Under the pieces are notes generated by a model. That model ran no database searches. It was not told where the DNA came from and was given only the letters and a program-made list of their open reading frames with translations. DNA of 64,000 nt, taken from Lama guanicoe. Lineage: Eukaryota. Shown here piece after piece: positions 61,036 through 64,000 of the stretch (the first letter of the stretch is position 1; every line of letters starts with the position of its first letter). Location: assembly GCA_013239625.1 (NCBI GenBank), contig MU053216.1:744001-808000 (forward strand), read 5' to 3'. A program made the translations under genes and the position numbers.

Positions 61036-62426
61036 GCCAAGTCCCACCACCTGCCCTAGACTGGGGGCTCTCCAAAGGCAGAGTCCTGGCCCTGGGAGTT
61101 TTCAGCCCTGGGCAGGGAGGGGCCCTCACCTCCCTCCGTCTGGTCTGGGAGCTCCCTGAGAGTGAGGCCCTGATCCTTCCCACACCTGGGGACTCTCAGA
61201 GCCCTGGGCCCCCAGGGGTGGTGCCCCTGCCCTGTCCAGCTGGCGCTCCCGGAGGGCAGGGAGCTGACACGTCCTCAGAGAAAAAGAAGCTTCCTGGGAC
61301 AGAGGCTGAGCCTGGCAGCACCCGACACCCAGGCCCTCCTCCTGCCCAGCAGGGCCTCTGCGCACAGGAGGAGCTGGACGACCCCTCCCAGGTCCCAGCC
61401 CCAGGCTGGTGGATCTGAGCGTGAGGTCGGCGGTCCCTGGGACTCGCAGGCAGTAAACAACCCCCTTCATGAGTCAGTTGTTCTGCTCCAGAGCAGTCTG
61501 CCAGCTGGACAGGCCCTGCCAGGCCCTCCCAGTGCATCCCAGGGCGGGGAGCCGTGGACAGTCTGGAGCTTGGCTACTTTCCAGTCTCTTCCAGTTTGAG
61601 CTGTTTACTGGGAGAGGGAGTCCCCGGAGAGGCCAGGGGTGGGGTGCCCCACTACCTGTGTGGTCCCCTGGAGGGCCCACAAACCAAGGACAGTGGAGGG
61701 AAGCAGAGTCAGCAGAAAGGTGCCCGCAAGCTTCCAGGAGCAGCGCAGCTCTGCTCTCAGGGCTGGGACCCCCACGTCCCCAGCTCTTCCTTCTTCCTCC
61801 CCTCTTGCCCACCTCCCCACTCTGTCCCCTCTGGCCCCCTCTGGCCCAGCTGCCCCGCAAGCCCAACCTGACCATTGGGGCAGAAGAAGATAAGCAGAGG
61901 AAGACGGCAAAGGGCTGGACAGGCCGGGGTCGGATGGGGAAGTTGTGTGGCTGGCAGAGGTATGCTGAGGAGAAGAGATGGGGCCAGGGTGGCGGGGCCG
62001 GGGGCTGGGAAGCCGGCGGAGGAAGCCCAGCCCCCTCTGCCCCCGGTTCACCAGCGCTTCCAACACGCACTTCCGTGCTCTCCCCTCGGCAGCCCCTCCA
62101 GGTAATGGGGCCCTGTCACCCTCATCCTCTAATGGGGAAGAGGTCAGGCGGTCCAACGTCCCCAGGGCAGCCTGAGGAGGGCCACCAGCAGGAGGAGGGC
62201 GGGGCACGCCTCAGAATGACAGCCACGGGAGCCAGTGACAGGGGCACCTTCGCTGACCAACCAGCTCATCAGACCTCGGCCTCACACCCCACGCAGCCTT
62301 GGGGTCCTCAACCGGCAGCTTCACACGTGGGCCCAGCGCAGCGCCCTCCCGTGGGGGAGGCCCATCCGCCCCACGGCGCGCGCCAGCTGGACTGTCCACC
62401 CCCAGCTGCCCACGGGCTGCCCCTAC

Positions 62427-62789
62427 CCGGTGGTGATGTCGTCGTCCTCCGTCATGGTCTTCCCCATGAGGTCACTGTCGCTCATGTAGCCGGACTTGAG
62501 GTCCACGTCGTCCGAGTCCAGGGACTCGACGAGCTCCAGGCGCGAGATGTGGCCGAGCTTGCTGGGGGAGCGCATGGGCATGGTGTGCGAGTAGTGCGCT
62601 CGCTCCCCGTGCGCGTACCAGGCGGGCGGCCCCTCCGAGCGGCCGCCGCCCACCGACGGCGCGTCGCCCGCCTGCAGCCGCGGGCTGGACTGGCCGTAGC
62701 GCCAGGACAGGGGCGACGAGCGGTTGGACAGGCTGGACACGCTGCGAGGGTTGGCGTCATCACTGTCATAGCAGGCCATCTCCAGGGAG
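62427..62789 (-). CDS. NAV1: NAV1 coding exon (SLEMACYDSDD...EDDDITTG), 363 nt, phase 2-2
   Basis: Acceptor ccgcccag|C and donor GG|gtaggg. Matches ORF 62423..62779; contains GYMSDSD, typical of navigators. Confidence 0.96.
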
Positions 62790-63084
62790 CTGGGCGGGGC
62801 GGAAGGGCACCGGTTACTCTGCAGCCCGGCCGCTCTGAGCCTGTCCCGCGTCCACTCTCACGCCCTCCCGCCTCTGTGCGCCGCCCCAGCGCCCGGGCCT
62901 CCAGCGGGCCTCTCGCGGTGTGTGCGGCCCCTGCCGTGAGCCAGCTCGGACTGTCGGAGGAAGAGGACGGTGAGTGCTGGGGCAGGAGTCCTGCACACGG
63001 CCGCGGGCACAGGGTTTGCGGCACGACCTGGGCTGGAACCCTTCCCCACCACTGACTAGTCAGCCACCAGAGGAAACGCATCAG

Positions 63085-63212
63085 CCTCGCCAGGCCTCCA
63101 CCTCCTCCTCTGCAAAGTGGGCATAGCAGCTGCTTCGTCCTCTGTGAACGGGTAAGGGTCACACGTGCAAAGACCTAACACGGTGCCTGCTCTACGGAAG
63201 GTGCTCAGAAAA
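63085..63212 (+). mobile_element. MIR fragment
   Basis: ctcctctgcaaagtgggcat...gtgcaaagacctaacacggtgcctg...aggtgctcagaaa. Confidence 0.6.
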
Positions 63213-64000
63213 CAGGAAGAGAGACCTGGGGGGGGGGTCGCCTGAGCGTGGGAGGCCTGGATCACTCCCTTTGCTCAGGTACCTCTTTTCTGTTTCCAAG
63301 CTCAGGGTGAACTGCTCCCAAACCAGAGACGGCAGAGCCAGGAGTAGGGTGCACAGCGTACAGAACAAGCTTTAGGAACCTGAGATGTCCCCAGCACGAC
63401 TGGCCCAAGGTGAGGGCATCAGAGGCAGCAGAACCTCACCAGAGGACAGAGCAGCCCAAGCCGGACAGGAGAGAACACAGGGAAACGGACGGACGGGGTG
63501 AAGGCCAGGACTTCCAGGGTGCCCAGTCCCAGGCCCCGCTGGGCCAGGTGGAAGAAGCAGCCTAGATGGCCTGAGCCCAGGGCACCGGGGGGCTGTGGAA
63601 GGAGATGCCTTTCTCCCGTGGGGGCCAAGGTGCTGCAGAGAGAAAGCATAGCTGGGATCTGCTTGGACCGGTGGCCTGGATTTGGGTTCACAGACCCATA
63701 GCACCACCCAGCCTACGGTGCTCCTGCCCACCAACCACAGGGAGGGGCTCAGTGGCTTGGCCTAAGTGAAGCCACAGGTCTAGGAAACGAAACGGGACCT
63801 GTGGACCGAGAGCGCTGGACGGTGAAAGCAACTTGAGTTACCCAAAGCCCAGGAACCTTCACTCCGCGCACACACCTGCTTCTTAGCCACTCTGTGGGGT
63901 TGGACGGGGGTGGGACACTGATTTTTCTATTTCTAAACTGGAGGGAGCAGAGTGGGCCCTGAGCCTGATGGTGGTCCCTGCAGAAGTCCTGTGGATGGGC

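Larger units (their letters stand above)
1..64000 (-). other. NAV1: NAV1 gene body, partial (window lies entirely within the gene)
   Basis: Spliced minus-strand exons give SLEMACYDSDDANPRS...WDESSSISSGLSDASDNL...QIRKLRRELESSQEKV...DTELLDLRETIDFLKKKNSE, recognised as neuron navigator 1. Upstream and downstream exons are not in the window. Confidence 0.97.

Noticed and set aside
4052-62789. Whole locus as a NAV1 pseudogene
   Set aside because: All GT-AG sites and exon phases are retained, other indels are in frame, and the only disabling lesion lies in an error-prone homopolymer.
61469-63055. 528-aa plus-strand ORF
   Set aside because: Partly the antisense shadow of a GC-rich NAV1 exon plus GC-rich intron; low-complexity product with no recognisable domain.

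Overview
This is GC-rich mammalian genomic DNA, probably camelid given three tRNA-Ala-derived vic-1-like SINEs. It lies entirely inside the minus-strand NAV1 (neuron navigator 1) gene. I traced 13 consecutive constitutive-type coding exons with GT-AG boundaries and consistent phases, from 62427-62789 down to 4052-4163. An alternative coding first exon (MLHLPPPRAGRTANFPR) sits in a CpG island at about 46.4-47.4 kb inside the 47.5-kb intron. The gene's 5' exons and the 3' AAA-ATPase exons lie outside the window. The rest is intron containing L1, L2, MIR, LTR and hAT relics, minisatellites and one 165-N gap. Nearly all other ORFs in the track are GC-content noise. The most notable points are: a 30-nt in-frame deletion that shrinks a conserved exon to a 23-nt microexon; an apparent frameshift in a G8 run; a rare GAG splice acceptor; a candidate recursive splice site or second intronic first exon; a possible fossil exon interrupted by a twin-primed L1; and strong AT-to-GC drift in old repeats. 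I found no convincing new multi-gene system. All comparisons to human NAV1 and to repeat consensus sequences are from memory, not from a search.
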